A stretch of DNA of 32,000 nucleotides from positions 2,850,001-2,882,000 of the forward strand of contig NC_008340.1 in assembly GCF_000014785.1 (NCBI RefSeq). Reading direction: 5' to 3'. The notes under the pieces were generated by a model. The model was not told where the DNA came from and did not search any database. It was given only the letters and a program-made list of their open reading frames with translations. Within the stretch, counting starts at the first letter, position 1. Each line of letters opens with the position of its first letter. The DNA comes from Alkalilimnicola ehrlichii MLHE-1. Its GTDB lineage: Bacteria > Pseudomonadota > Gammaproteobacteria > Nitrococcales > Halorhodospiraceae. Positions 11,112 to 19,567 of this stretch are shown here, piece by piece. The position numbers and the translations under genes were made by a program.

Positions 11112-12965
11112 TTACTGAGATGGACCCTCGTCCAGGGCCCGCAGTTCCGCGCTCTCCCGATCAGTGAGGGCGCCACGGCTGGCTTTCTCCCGCAAGTATT
11201 GCAGTCTTCGCCGTTGCATCAACGTACGAAGCTTGTCCTTGGCCGCATCAAAATCCCGCTCTTCATCGAGCTCGGCGCGAAGTTCGCTGGTCTGGCGACT
11301 GCTGCAGGCCTGGCGAATGCGCTCGAGGCAGTCGGTGAACTCCCCCTCGAGATCGCCCCCCGGCAGCTCCCAGGTGGCCAGCCGCCAGAGGGCGGCCTCC
11401 TGCGGATGCCCCTGAAAGCGCTGCAACAGCCCCGCAGTGTTTACATCGGGGTGATCCCGGGCGATTTCAAGGATCTGCCGCAACAGATCCAGGCCCGGCA
11501 AGTCCCCATGCAATTGGTCCAGCGGGCCGGCATGGGCCACCAGGGCGGGCCGTTGCAGCAGCAGGGTGAGGGCCTGGCGCACCGGGGTCCGGCGCACCAT
11601 CGCCGCACCCCGCCCGCCGCCCGCCGGACGGCGGGCGGCGGGCGGGCGCTCCGGCGCCGTGGGCCGTGCGCCTTCGCCGCCCTGCTCCACCGCCTGCTCG
11701 ATCCGCCCGACGCCGGTATGGGCCAGCTCGGCCAGCTTCTCGACGTAAAAGTCCCGGTAGATTCCGACCGGCAGTCGTCGCACCAACGGCACCGCCTTCT
11801 GCACCAGCCGGGCCCGGTCGTCCACCGCATCCAGCCGCAACCCGTCGGCCAGCTCCTCCAGGCTGTACTCGGCCAAAGGCCGGGTCTCCCGCTCCAGCCG
11901 CCGGAGGAAGGCCTCCGCACCCTCGGCACGCACCAGACTGTCCGGGTCCTCGCCCTCGGGGAGCAGCAGGATCTCCACCGAGCGCCCCTCGCGCATGGCC
12001 GGCAGGCTGTTCTCCACCGCTCGCCACGCCGCCTGACGGCCGGCGCGGTCGCCGTCGAAACAGAACACCACCCGATCGGTGGCGCGGAACAAGCGACTGA
12101 CCTGATCGGGGGTGACCGCGGTCCCCAGGGTGGCTACCGCCCCCTGGACCCCGTGCTGGGCCAGCGCCACCACGTCCATGTACCCCTCCACCACCAGCAG
12201 CAGTGGCGGGTTGCGTTGGGCCTGCACCGCTTCGTACAAACCGTAGAGCTCGCGGCCCTTGTGAAAGACGGGTGTCTCCGGCGAGTTGAGATACTTGGGC
12301 TCCCCGTCGCCCAGCACCCGGCCACCAAAACCCACCACCGTGCCCCGCCGGTTTCGGATCGGGAACATGACCCGATCGCGGAAACGGTCATAGACGCGGC
12401 CGCCGTCACGCTCGATGAGCAGCCCCGCCTCCACCAGGTCGGCCTGGCGGTCGCGGTGGCGCTTGAGCAGGTTGTCCCAGCCGGGCGGGGCAAAGCCCAG
12501 CGCGAAGCGGGCGGCGATATCGCCGGACAGCCCACGCCGCTTCAGGTAGTCCACCGCCTTCGCGCTGGCCGGGTGCCGGCGCAGCGCCTCCTGATAGTAG
12601 ATGGCGGCCTCCGCCAGCACATGGTAGAGCCGGGCGTGGCGGTCGGGGACGGGCGCGGCGGCGGCGGCGGCCGGCAGCTCCATCCCTGCCTGGCGGGCCA
12701 GGTACTCCACCGCCTCCCGGAAATCCATCCGCTCGTAGTCCATCAGAAAGCGGATGGCGGTGCCGTGCGCGCCACAGCCGAAACAGTGGTAGAACTGCTT
12801 GGCCGGGGCCACGGTGAAGGAAGGGGTCTTTTCGCTGTGGAAGGGACAGAGACCGAGCAGGTTGGCGCCGGTCTTTTTCAGGCGCACACGGGCACCCACC
12901 ACCTCGGTGATATCCGTGCGGTGGAGCAGTTCGTCGATAAACTCGTCGGGAATCCTGCCGGACAT
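11112..12965 (-). CDS. dnaG: DNA primase DnaG
   Basis: ATG at 12965. Zinc-ribbon motif CPFHSEKTPSFTVAPAKQFYHCFGCGAHG. TOPRIM region LLLVVEGYMDVVAL. The position between rpsU/yqeY and rpoD fits. Confidence 0.97.
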   Translation of the reverse strand: MSGRIPDEFIDELLHRTDITEVVGARVRLKKTGANLLGLCPFHSEKTPSFTVAPAKQFYHCFGCGAHGTAIRFLMDYERMDFREAVEYLARQAGMELPAAAAAAPVPDRHARLYHVLAEAAIYYQEALRRHPASAKAVDYLKRRGLSGDIAARFALGFAPPGWDNLLKRHRDRQADLVEAGLLIERDGGRVYDRFRDRVMFPIRNRRGTVVGFGGRVLGDGEPKYLNSPETPVFHKGRELYGLYEAVQAQRNPPLLLVVEGYMDVVALAQHGVQGAVATLGTAVTPDQVSRLFRATDRVVFCFDGDRAGRQAAWRAVENSLPAMREGRSVEILLLPEGEDPDSLVRAEGAEAFLRRLERETRPLAEYSLEELADGLRLDAVDDRARLVQKAVPLVRRLPVGIYRDFYVEKLAELAHTGVGRIEQAVEQGGEGARPTAPERPPAARRPAGGGRGAAMVRRTPVRQALTLLLQRPALVAHAGPLDQLHGDLPGLDLLRQILEIARDHPDVNTAGLLQRFQGHPQEAALWRLATWELPGGDLEGEFTDCLERIRQACSSRQTSELRAELDEERDFDAAKDKLRTLMQRRRLQYLREKASRGALTDRESAELRALDEGPSQ

Positions 12966-13011
12966 ATCACCCCGGGCTGTGTGGCGCGGGCGACACCGAC
13001 CGGCACAGGGC

Positions 13012-13470
13012 TCAGCTCGCCAGTCGGGCCTTCACCATCTTGCTGACCGCACCCATGTCGGCCCGGCCCTGGACCTGGGGCTTGAGCTGCCCCATGACCC
13101 GACCCATGTCCTGCATGCCCCCGGCGCCGGTGTCGGCAATGACCTGGTCGACCATCGCCTGCAGCTCGGCCTCGCTCAGGGGCTGGGACATGAACCCGGC
13201 GAGCACGTCCAGCTCGGCCTCTTCCACCGCCGCCAGGTCATCCCGCCCGGCGTCGCGATACTGCGCAATCGACTCACGCCGCTGCTTGACCATGCGGGTC
13301 AGCACCTCGAGCACCTGGACATCGTCCAGCTCGGTGCGCTCGTCCACTTCGCGCTGCTTGACCGCGGCGGTCACCATGCGGAGTACGCCAAGACGGGTCT
13401 TGTCCCTGGCTCGCATGGCGTCCTTGACCGCCTGCTGCAGGCGGGTTTTCAGTTCGCTGGCCGCGGCCAT
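13012..13470 (-). CDS. GatB/YqeY domain-containing protein
   Basis: MAAASELKTRLQQAVKDAMRARDKTRLGVLRMVTAAVKQREVDER... matches the YqeY family along its length. It sits between rpsU and dnaG. Confidence 0.85.
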   Translation of the reverse strand: MAAASELKTRLQQAVKDAMRARDKTRLGVLRMVTAAVKQREVDERTELDDVQVLEVLTRMVKQRRESIAQYRDAGRDDLAAVEEAELDVLAGFMSQPLSEAELQAMVDQVIADTGAGGMQDMGRVMGQLKPQVQGRADMGAVSKMVKARLAS

Positions 13471-13496
13471 CTGCTGCTACCCGATCAACCGCGAGG

Positions 13497-13712
13497 TCAG
13501 TAGAGACGCCGCCGACGGGCCTGTTCGCGAGACAGGCGCTTCATGTGACGCTTGACCGCGGCAGCCGCCTTGCGCTTGCGCTCCTGGGTCGGCTTCTCGT
13601 AATGCTCCCGGCGACGGATCTCGGACAGGACACCCGCCTTTTCGCAGGAGCGCTTGAAACGCCGCAGCGCCACCTCGAAGGGCTCGTTTTCGCGAACCTT
13701 AACTATCGGCAT
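13497..13712 (-). CDS. rpsU: 30S ribosomal protein S21
   Basis: [71 protein letters not shown] is a near-canonical S21. Confidence 0.98.
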   Translation of the reverse strand: MPIVKVRENEPFEVALRRFKRSCEKAGVLSEIRRREHYEKPTQERKRKAAAAVKRHMKRLSREQARRRRLY

Positions 13713-13782
13713 GCGTGATCACACCCTTTAAATGCTGTTGAGAATTGTCGGATTACCCCTGTACACGGGGTGAAGGCGCGGT

Positions 13783-13811
13783 ATTCTATCCGCCCCCTGC
13801 AGCGAATGCAA
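13783..13811 (-). promoter_or_regulatory. Candidate sigma-70 promoter for rpsU-yqeY-dnaG-rpoD
   Basis: On the minus strand: TTGCAT (13811-13806), a 17-nt spacer, then TAGAAT (13788-13783), about 70 nt upstream of the rpsU ATG. This is sequence pattern only. Confidence 0.4.
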
Positions 13812-13837
13812 AATCCTTAAGCGGAAGAAGATAGCAC

Positions 13838-14857
13838 ATGCGCGTACTTGGTGTGGAAAGCTCCTGCGACGAGACCGGCCTGGCCATCTACGACAGCGCC
13901 CAGGGCCTGATGGCGCACGCCCTGCACAGTCAGGTGGCCACCCACGCGGAATACGGCGGCGTGGTGCCGGAGCTGGCCTCCCGCGATCATGTCCGGCGGG
14001 TGGTGCCACTGACCCGGCGGGTACTGGCCGAGGCCGGGTGCCGGCTGCGGGATATCGATGCGGTGGCCTACACCCGCGGCCCCGGCCTGGTGGGCGCGCT
14101 GATGGTGGGCGCCGGCATGGCGCGCAGCCTGGCCTGGGGGCTGGGGGTCCCAGCCCTGGGCGTACACCACATGGAGGCCCACCTGCTCGCGCCCATGCTG
14201 GAGCCAAACCCGCCGGCCTTCCCCTTCGTGGCCCTGCTGGTCTCCGGCGGCCACACGCTATTGGTCCAGGTGGCAGGCGTGGGCCGCTACCGCGTGCTGG
14301 GCGAGACCCTGGATGACGCAGCGGGCGAGGCCTTCGACAAGACCGCCAAGCTGCTCGGCCTGCCCTACCCTGGCGGTCCGGAGCTGGAGAAACTCGCGGA
14401 GTCGGGTGACCCGGGGCGCTACCGCTTCCCCCGGCCGATGACCGACCGCCCCGGGCTGGATTTCAGCTTCAGTGGGCTCAAGACCCGGGTGCTGCAGACC
14501 GTGCAGCAGAGCCGGGAGGCGGACCGGGCGGACATCGCCGCGGCCTTCCAGTCGGCGGTGGTGGATACCCTGGTTATCAAGTGCCGGCGGGCGCTGCGGG
14601 CGACCGGCAGCCAGCGGCTGGTGATCTCCGGCGGTGTGGGGGCCAATGGTCTGTTGCGTGAGCAGATGCGCGCCATGGCGGATCAGGCGGGGGCCAGCCT
14701 GCATTACCCGCGGTTGGCGCTGTGTACCGACAACGGCGCCATGGTGGCCTACACCGGCTGGTGCCGCCTGAGCGAGGGCCAGCACGACGATCTGGACTTC
14801 AGTGTCACCGCCCGCTGGCCGCTGGCCGATCTGACCCCGCCCGGGCAGCCGGTCTGA
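13838..14857 (+). CDS. tsaD: tRNA N6-adenosine threonylcarbamoyltransferase TsaD
   Basis: [39 protein letters not shown].. are Kae1/Gcp family signatures. It is divergent from rpsU, as in E. coli. Confidence 0.96.
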   Translation: MRVLGVESSCDETGLAIYDSAQGLMAHALHSQVATHAEYGGVVPELASRDHVRRVVPLTRRVLAEAGCRLRDIDAVAYTRGPGLVGALMVGAGMARSLAWGLGVPALGVHHMEAHLLAPMLEPNPPAFPFVALLVSGGHTLLVQVAGVGRYRVLGETLDDAAGEAFDKTAKLLGLPYPGGPELEKLAESGDPGRYRFPRPMTDRPGLDFSFSGLKTRVLQTVQQSREADRADIAAAFQSAVVDTLVIKCRRALRATGSQRLVISGGVGANGLLREQMRAMADQAGASLHYPRLALCTDNGAMVAYTGWCRLSEGQHDDLDFSVTARWPLADLTPPGQPV

Positions 14858-14881
14858 GCCGGGGCTCAGGCCTTACGCTGT

Positions 14882-15478
14882 TCAGGCCTTGCGCTGCCCG
14901 ATCTTCGGCTCCTCGCCGGCGGCCAACCGTTTGAGGTTGCCCCGGTGGCGCCACCAACTGAAGACGGTAACGACGAACATGCAGGTGGTGAACGCGACGC
15001 TGCCGGTGACGAGGGCCAGCCAGATCGGCGCCAGCACAAAGGCGACCAGGGCGGCCATGGAGGAGTAACGGAACACCCCCGCCACCAGCAGCCAGGTGGC
15101 GCCGGTCAGTAGCAGCGAGACCGGCGACCAGCCCAACAGCACCCCCAGCCCGGTGGCCACCCCCTTGCCACCGTGGAAGCCGAAGAAGACCGGGAACAGG
15201 TGACCCAGAAAGGCCGCTACGCCGACGAAACCGATCCCCCAGTCACCGTCGAGCAACCACAGGGCCACCAGCACCGGCAGTGTCCCCTTCACCCAGTCGA
15301 AGGCGAGGGTGAGCCCGGCCGGCACCTTACCGCCCAGGCGCAGCACGTTGGTGGCCCCGGGGTTCCCGGACCCCTCCCGGCGCGGATCCGGCAAGCCGAA
15401 GGCCTTGCAGACGAGCACGGCCGAGGAGATCGAGCCGAACAGGTAGGCGGCGATGATAAGCAGTATGGTCATGATCAT
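14882..15478 (-). CDS. plsY: Glycerol-3-phosphate acyltransferase PlsY
   Basis: ..AYLFGSISSAVLVCKAFGLPDPRREGSGNPGATNVLRLGG.. is a PlsY signature. The track start at 15493 is a TTG. I prefer the ATG at 15478 (MIMTILLIIAAY..); the ATG at 15472 is also possible. Confidence 0.9.
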   Translation of the reverse strand: MIMTILLIIAAYLFGSISSAVLVCKAFGLPDPRREGSGNPGATNVLRLGGKVPAGLTLAFDWVKGTLPVLVALWLLDGDWGIGFVGVAAFLGHLFPVFFGFHGGKGVATGLGVLLGWSPVSLLLTGATWLLVAGVFRYSSMAALVAFVLAPIWLALVTGSVAFTTCMFVVTVFSWWRHRGNLKRLAAGEEPKIGQRKA

Positions 15479-15553
15479 GACGCTGTATTCCAATGCGCCG
15501 CGCGCCCCGGGTCAAGTGGCAGGGTGCACCGGCTGGCAATGTGCAACGGCACC

Positions 15554-15755
15554 GCCGGCCTGCCGTGCCGGGGCGGGTGGATCGCTGGGGCGACTTATGC
15601 GCACCGAGCAACGCAGCAAAAAGTCGGAAAAAAGGCGCGCCTGTCCGAGCGAAGCGAGTTCGCGCCGCCGACTTTTTGTGAGTAGCGCAGGGCACCCCGA
15701 AGGGGTGCGCATTTGGAGCCCCAGCGATCCACCCGCCCCGGCACGGCAGGCCGGC
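15554..15755 (+). repeat. Nested-palindrome intergenic element, copy 1 (37-bp perfect outer arms at 15554-15590 and 15719-15755)
   Basis: GCCGGCCTGCCGTGCCGGGGCGGGTGGATCGCTGGGG | CGACTTATGCGCACCGAGCAACGCAGC | AAAAAGTCGG | AAAAAAGGCGCGCCTGTCCGAGCGAAGCGAGTTCGCGCCG | CCGACTTTTT | GTGAGTAGCGCAGGGCACCCCGAAGGGGTGCGCATTTGGAG | exact reverse complement of the first arm. It lies between the divergent plsY and folB genes. Confidence 0.9.
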
Positions 15756-15863
15756 ACCCCGAAGGGGTGCACAATAACGGGACGCTAGCAAACGTGGTCC
15801 GCACGATTTGGCGCACTAACCGCAACTCGCTATAGTGCCCGCTTTGCACCACCCGGAGCCGTC

Positions 15864-16220
15864 ATGGACACCGTCTTTCTACGCGAGATTCGCCTGGAGA
15901 CCACCATAGGCGTCACCGCCTGGGAGCGACAGGTGCGCCAGACCCTATTACTCGACCTGGACCTGGGCACCGACATCCGGCCGGCCGCCGAGAGTGACGA
16001 CCTGGCAGCCGCCGTCGACTACGCCGCGGTCGCGCAGTTCGTGCAGACCCTCGCCGCCGAGGGCGAATGCCAACTCCTCGAAACCCTGGCGGAGCATATC
16101 GCTGACGAATTGCGCACCCGGTTCGACCTGCCCTGGGTGCGCCTGCGGTTGAGCAAGCCCGGCATCCTGCCCCGGTGCCGCACCGTCGGCGTCTGCATCG
16201 AGCGGGGGACCCGGCCATGA
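15864..16220 (+). CDS. folB: Dihydroneopterin aldolase
   Basis: The ATG at 15864 has GGAG 6 nt upstream. MDTVFLREIRLETTIGVTAWERQVRQTLLLDLDLG..VDYAAV.. is FolB-like. It is divergent from plsY, as in E. coli. Confidence 0.9.
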   Translation: MDTVFLREIRLETTIGVTAWERQVRQTLLLDLDLGTDIRPAAESDDLAAAVDYAAVAQFVQTLAAEGECQLLETLAEHIADELRTRFDLPWVRLRLSKPGILPRCRTVGVCIERGTRP

Positions 16221-16705
16221 CCCGCGTCTACGTCAGCATCGGCAGTAATATCGAGCCCGACTACCACGTCCGGGCCGCGGTGCGGGCCCTGCGCGAGCGC
16301 TTCGGCGAGTTGGTCGTCTCCCCCGTCTACCGCAACCCGGCGGTGGGCTTCGACGGCAACGACTTCTACAACCTGGCGGTGGGCTTCGACACCGACCTTG
16401 AGCCCGAGGCACTCGCCGACTGGTTCCGCGAGCTGGAGGCCAAGTACGGCCGGCGCCGCGGCGAGGGCAAGTTTGCCGCCCGCACCCTGGACCTGGACCT
16501 GCTCACCTGGGACCAGGCGGTGATCGACCGGCCCGGGCTGCGCCTGCCGCGTGATGAAATCCTTCGCTACGCCTTTGTGCTCAAACCCCTGGCCGACATC
16601 GCCGGTGACGAGCACCACCCGGAGCTGCACCGAAGCTACCGGGACCTGTGGGCCGACTTTCAGGGCGAGCACGAGGGCATGACCCGCCTGGAGCTGACCC
16701 CATGA
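16217..16705 (+). CDS. folK: 2-amino-4-hydroxy-6-hydroxymethyldihydropteridine diphosphokinase (HPPK)
   Basis: The ATG at 16217 overlaps the folB stop (ATGA). MTRVYVSIGSNIEPDYHVRAAVRALRERFGELVVSPVYRNPAVGF...ARTLDLDLLTWD is an HPPK signature. The track start at 16175 lies inside folB. Confidence 0.88.
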   Translation: MTRVYVSIGSNIEPDYHVRAAVRALRERFGELVVSPVYRNPAVGFDGNDFYNLAVGFDTDLEPEALADWFRELEAKYGRRRGEGKFAARTLDLDLLTWDQAVIDRPGLRLPRDEILRYAFVLKPLADIAGDEHHPELHRSYRDLWADFQGEHEGMTRLELTP

Positions 16706-17913
16706 CCCGGCAACGCCACCCGGCCCTCGACCTGCCCGAGCCCGATGCCAGCGCCCGCGCCCACAGCGAGGCCCTGCAGGCGCGGATCCGCGACGCCATC
16801 CGATCCGCCGGCGGCTGGCTGCCGTTCGACCGCTACATGGGCATGGCCCTGTACGAGCCCGGACTGGGTTACTACAGCGCCGGCGCGCCGCGCTTCGGCG
16901 AAGGTGGCGACTTCACCACCGCACCGCTCATCTCGCCACTTTTCAGCCGCACCCTGGCCCACACCGTACAGCGCGCCCTGCAGGCCCTGGAGCTCGCCAC
17001 CGGCCAGGGCGAGGTGCTGGAACTGGGCGCCGGCAGCGGACGGATGGCCGCCGACATCCTGCTGGAGCTGGAGCGGCTGGGGCAGCTTCCCGCCCGCTAC
17101 CTCATCCTCGAGGTCAGCGCCGCCCTGCGCCAGGAACAGCACCGCACCCTGGGTGAACACGCCCCCCACCTGCTCGACCGGGTGGAGTGGCTGGAACAGC
17201 TCCCGGAACACCCCATTACCGGCGCCCTCCTCGCCAACGAAGTCCTCGACGCCCTGCCCTTTCGCTGCTTCGAGCGCGGGCGCGACGACATCCTGGAACG
17301 CGGCGTGGCGCTGGACGACGACGACCACCCGCAGTGGGCCACCCGTCCCGCCGATGAGCCCCTGGCCGGCCACGTCCGCCACATCGAGGCCGAGACCGGC
17401 CGGCGGCTGCCCCCCGGTTACCGCAGCGAGTGCCTGCCGCAACTGGCCGATTGGCTGCGCGACACCACCCGCTGCCTGGCGCGGGGCCTGGTACTCTACA
17501 TCGATTACGGCTACCCCCGGCGCGAGTACTACCTGCCCGACCGCCACATGGGCACCCTGCTCTGCCACTACCGCCACCGCGCCCACGAGGACCCTTTCCT
17601 CTGGCCCGGGCTGCAGGACATCACCGCCTTCGTCGACTTCACGGCCGTGGCCGAGGCGGCACTGGCCGCCGACCTGGACGTGCTCGGCTTCACCAGCCAG
17701 GCCCAATACCTGCTCGCCGCCGGCCTGGCGCACCTGGCCGACGAGGCCATGGCGCAGCACGACGACGACATGCACCGCCTTCAGATCGCGCAACAGGTCC
17801 GCCGCCTCACCCTGCCCTCCGAACTGGGCGAGCGCTTCAAGGTCCTGCCCCTGGGCCGCGACCTGGCCCCCCTGCCGGAATTCATCCGCACCGACCAGCG
17901 CCACCGCCTTTGA
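16702..17913 (+). CDS. Class I SAM-dependent methyltransferase, MidA/NDUFAF7 (DUF185) family
   Basis: The ATG at 16702 overlaps the folK stop (ATGA). ..WLPFDRYMGMALYEPGLGYYSAG..FGEGGDFTTAPLISPLFSRTLA..VLELGAGSGRMAADIL.. are typical family motifs. Confidence 0.85.
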   Translation: MTRQRHPALDLPEPDASARAHSEALQARIRDAIRSAGGWLPFDRYMGMALYEPGLGYYSAGAPRFGEGGDFTTAPLISPLFSRTLAHTVQRALQALELATGQGEVLELGAGSGRMAADILLELERLGQLPARYLILEVSAALRQEQHRTLGEHAPHLLDRVEWLEQLPEHPITGALLANEVLDALPFRCFERGRDDILERGVALDDDDHPQWATRPADEPLAGHVRHIEAETGRRLPPGYRSECLPQLADWLRDTTRCLARGLVLYIDYGYPRREYYLPDRHMGTLLCHYRHRAHEDPFLWPGLQDITAFVDFTAVAEAALAADLDVLGFTSQAQYLLAAGLAHLADEAMAQHDDDMHRLQIAQQVRRLTLPSELGERFKVLPLGRDLAPLPEFIRTDQRHRL

Positions 17914-17927
17914 TGCAGACTGACGCC

Positions 17928-18123
17928 GGCGGTGGGCCGACGGGGCCCCATCCGCCAGGGCGACTTTTGCGCACCGAGCATCGCAGCTTTCAGGGGGAAA
18001 AAAGCGCGCGCCTGTCCGAGCGAAGCGAGTTCGCGCGCTCCCCCTGAAAGCGAGAAGCACAGGGGACCCCGAAGGGGTGCGCAATCGGAGCCCAGGCGGA
18101 TGGGGCCCCGTCGGCCCACCGCC
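17928..18123 (+). repeat. Nested-palindrome intergenic element, copy 2 (most divergent; arms 17928-17960 and 18091-18123 with one A:A mismatch)
   Basis: GGCGGTGGGCCGACGGGGCCCCATCCGCCAGGG | CGACTTTTGCGCACCGAGCATCGCAGC | TTTCAGGGGG | AAAAAAGCGCGCGCCTGTCCGAGCGAAGCGAGTTCGCGCGCT | CCCCCTGAAA | GCGAGAAGCACAGGGGACCCCGAAGGGGTGCGCAATCGGAG | reverse-complement arm. It starts 15 nt after the midA-like stop. Confidence 0.9.
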
Positions 18124-18199
18124 CCAAGTTGCACAACCCCCCTATCAAGCCTATAGATAGGAGCAGGCGCACCAACACACCCGACGGGGGAGAACCGCA

Positions 18200-18490
18200 A
18201 TGGCCTGGCAGAACCCACCGGAGGTCGGTGCCTGGTACATGGACCACCTGGGCCGTACCTTCGAGGTCGTCGCCTCGGACGAACAAGACGAAACCGTCGA
18301 GATCCAATACATGGACGGCGACGTGGAGGAACTGGACCTGGAGACCTGGGCCGAATTCCGCAAGGAGCGCGTGGAACCACCGGAGGACTGGGTCGCCTCG
18401 ATGGACATGGACCCCAACCTGGAAGGCTGGAACCACCTGCACGGTGACCCGGTTCAACAGGCCCTGGATACCCTGGAACGCCAGGAGTGA
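18200..18490 (+). CDS. Hypothetical small acidic protein (96 aa)
   Basis: The ATG at 18200 follows GGGGGAG. Codon usage is GC3-rich like its neighbours. The gene is tightly packed, ending 9 nt before nfi. I recognise no family. Confidence 0.55.
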   Translation: MAWQNPPEVGAWYMDHLGRTFEVVASDEQDETVEIQYMDGDVEELDLETWAEFRKERVEPPEDWVASMDMDPNLEGWNHLHGDPVQQALDTLERQE

Positions 18491-18499
18491 GGCAAGGCC

Positions 18500-19183
18500 A
18501 TGGGTGTCAGCATCCGCGCACTACACCCCTGGGCCGTGGATGCCGCTGAAGGCCGCCGCCTGCAACAGACCCTGCGTGAGCAGCTCTGCCTAAAGACCCC
18601 GCGTGGCTTCCGCCCCCGGCTGGTCGCCGGCGTGGACGCCGGCGTCGTGGACGGTGGGCGCACCATCCGCGCCGCCGTGGTGGTGATGTCGTTACCCGAC
18701 CTGGCCGTGGTCACCCAGAGCGTGGCCCGGGCCCCGGCGATCATGCCCTACGTCCCCGGTCTGCTCTCCTTCCGGGAACTACCCGGCGTGGTGCGCGCGC
18801 TGGAACAACTGGACGTCACCCCCGAGCTGCTGCTCTGCGACGGGCAGGGCATCGCCCACCCGCGCCGCCTGGGCATAGCCGCCCATCTCGGCCTGATCAC
18901 CGACCTGCCGGCCATCGGCGTGGGTAAGAGCCGCCTGGTGGGCACCTACCGCGAGCCCCGACCGGAAAAGGGCGCCACCAGCGGCCTCTACGACGGCCAT
19001 GAGCGTATCGGCACGGTGCTGCGCAGTCGCGACCACGTCCGCCCGCTCTACGTCTCCCCCGGTCATCGGATCAGCCACGAGGATGCCGTACACTGGGTGC
19101 TCACCTGCTGCACCCGCTACCGTCTACCCGAACCGCAACGGGCTGCCGACCGACTCGCGTCCGCCAAGGAAGCGCCTGCATGA
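18500..19183 (+). CDS. nfi: Endonuclease V (deoxyinosine 3' endonuclease)
   Basis: ..LVAGVDAGV..PYVPGLLSFRELPGVVRALEQL..LLLCDGQGIAHPRRLGIAAHLGLITDLPAIGVGKSRLVG.. are endonuclease V signatures. Confidence 0.9.
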   Translation: MGVSIRALHPWAVDAAEGRRLQQTLREQLCLKTPRGFRPRLVAGVDAGVVDGGRTIRAAVVVMSLPDLAVVTQSVARAPAIMPYVPGLLSFRELPGVVRALEQLDVTPELLLCDGQGIAHPRRLGIAAHLGLITDLPAIGVGKSRLVGTYREPRPEKGATSGLYDGHERIGTVLRSRDHVRPLYVSPGHRISHEDAVHWVLTCCTRYRLPEPQRAADRLASAKEAPA

Positions 19184-19563
19184 ACCTGGAAAAAGTCGTC
19201 TTCGGATTCTTCATCCTGCTGGCCCTGACCCTCAACTTCGGCTTCTTCATCGGCGAGATCGACAACCCGGAACACCACGCGGTATACGAGCTCTACGCCG
19301 CCATCGTGGTCAACCTGATCGCCACCGTCCTAAAGTTCGGGGAACGCACGCAGATCGGCGCCATCCTGCTGGCCTCCAGCCTGGTGGCCGACCTGCAACT
19401 GATCGCCGCCGCAGTGCTCTGGGGGGTCGCCGTTTACGGCACCGAGGTGGGGCTGACGCCCATGGTCACCGCCAGCATCGTCTCGCTCTCCGGCGGCGCC
19501 CTGCTCGCCAACCTGGTCTCGGTGACCCTGTTGATCATCGAGACGACCAAGATGCACCGCTAG
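19180..19563 (+). CDS. Hypothetical integral membrane protein (about 4 TM segments)
   Basis: The ATG at 19180 overlaps the nfi stop (ATGA). Hydrophobic segments include VVFGFFILLALTLNFGFFI, AAIVVNLIATVL, IGAILLASSLVADLQLIAAAVLWGVAV and SIVSLSGGALLANLVSVTLLII. Confidence 0.65.
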   Translation: MNLEKVVFGFFILLALTLNFGFFIGEIDNPEHHAVYELYAAIVVNLIATVLKFGERTQIGAILLASSLVADLQLIAAAVLWGVAVYGTEVGLTPMVTASIVSLSGGALLANLVSVTLLIIETTKMHR

Positions 19564-19567
19564 CACC

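Noticed and set aside
15493-15681. Small ORFs running through the repeat elements (for example 15493-15681, 15173-15685 tail, 17932-18156, 27918-28100, 31430-31645). They translate to recurring peptides such as ..YAHRATQQK.GKKARLSERSEFAPP.FCE.
   Set aside because: The recurrence is only the conserved DNA core read in one frame. There is no conserved start or RBS. Arm and stem lengths differ between copies by non-multiples of three, and the variation pattern is base-pair compensation rather than codon conservation.
15554-15755. Considered retron msr/msd, a DGR template/variable repeat, a group II intron fragment or an IS-encoded guide RNA as explanations for the palindromic elements.
   Set aside because: No reverse transcriptase, TnpB/IscB, IS110-type recombinase or intron ORF is present anywhere in the window. 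The elements are dispersed among housekeeping genes rather than attached to an effector gene.
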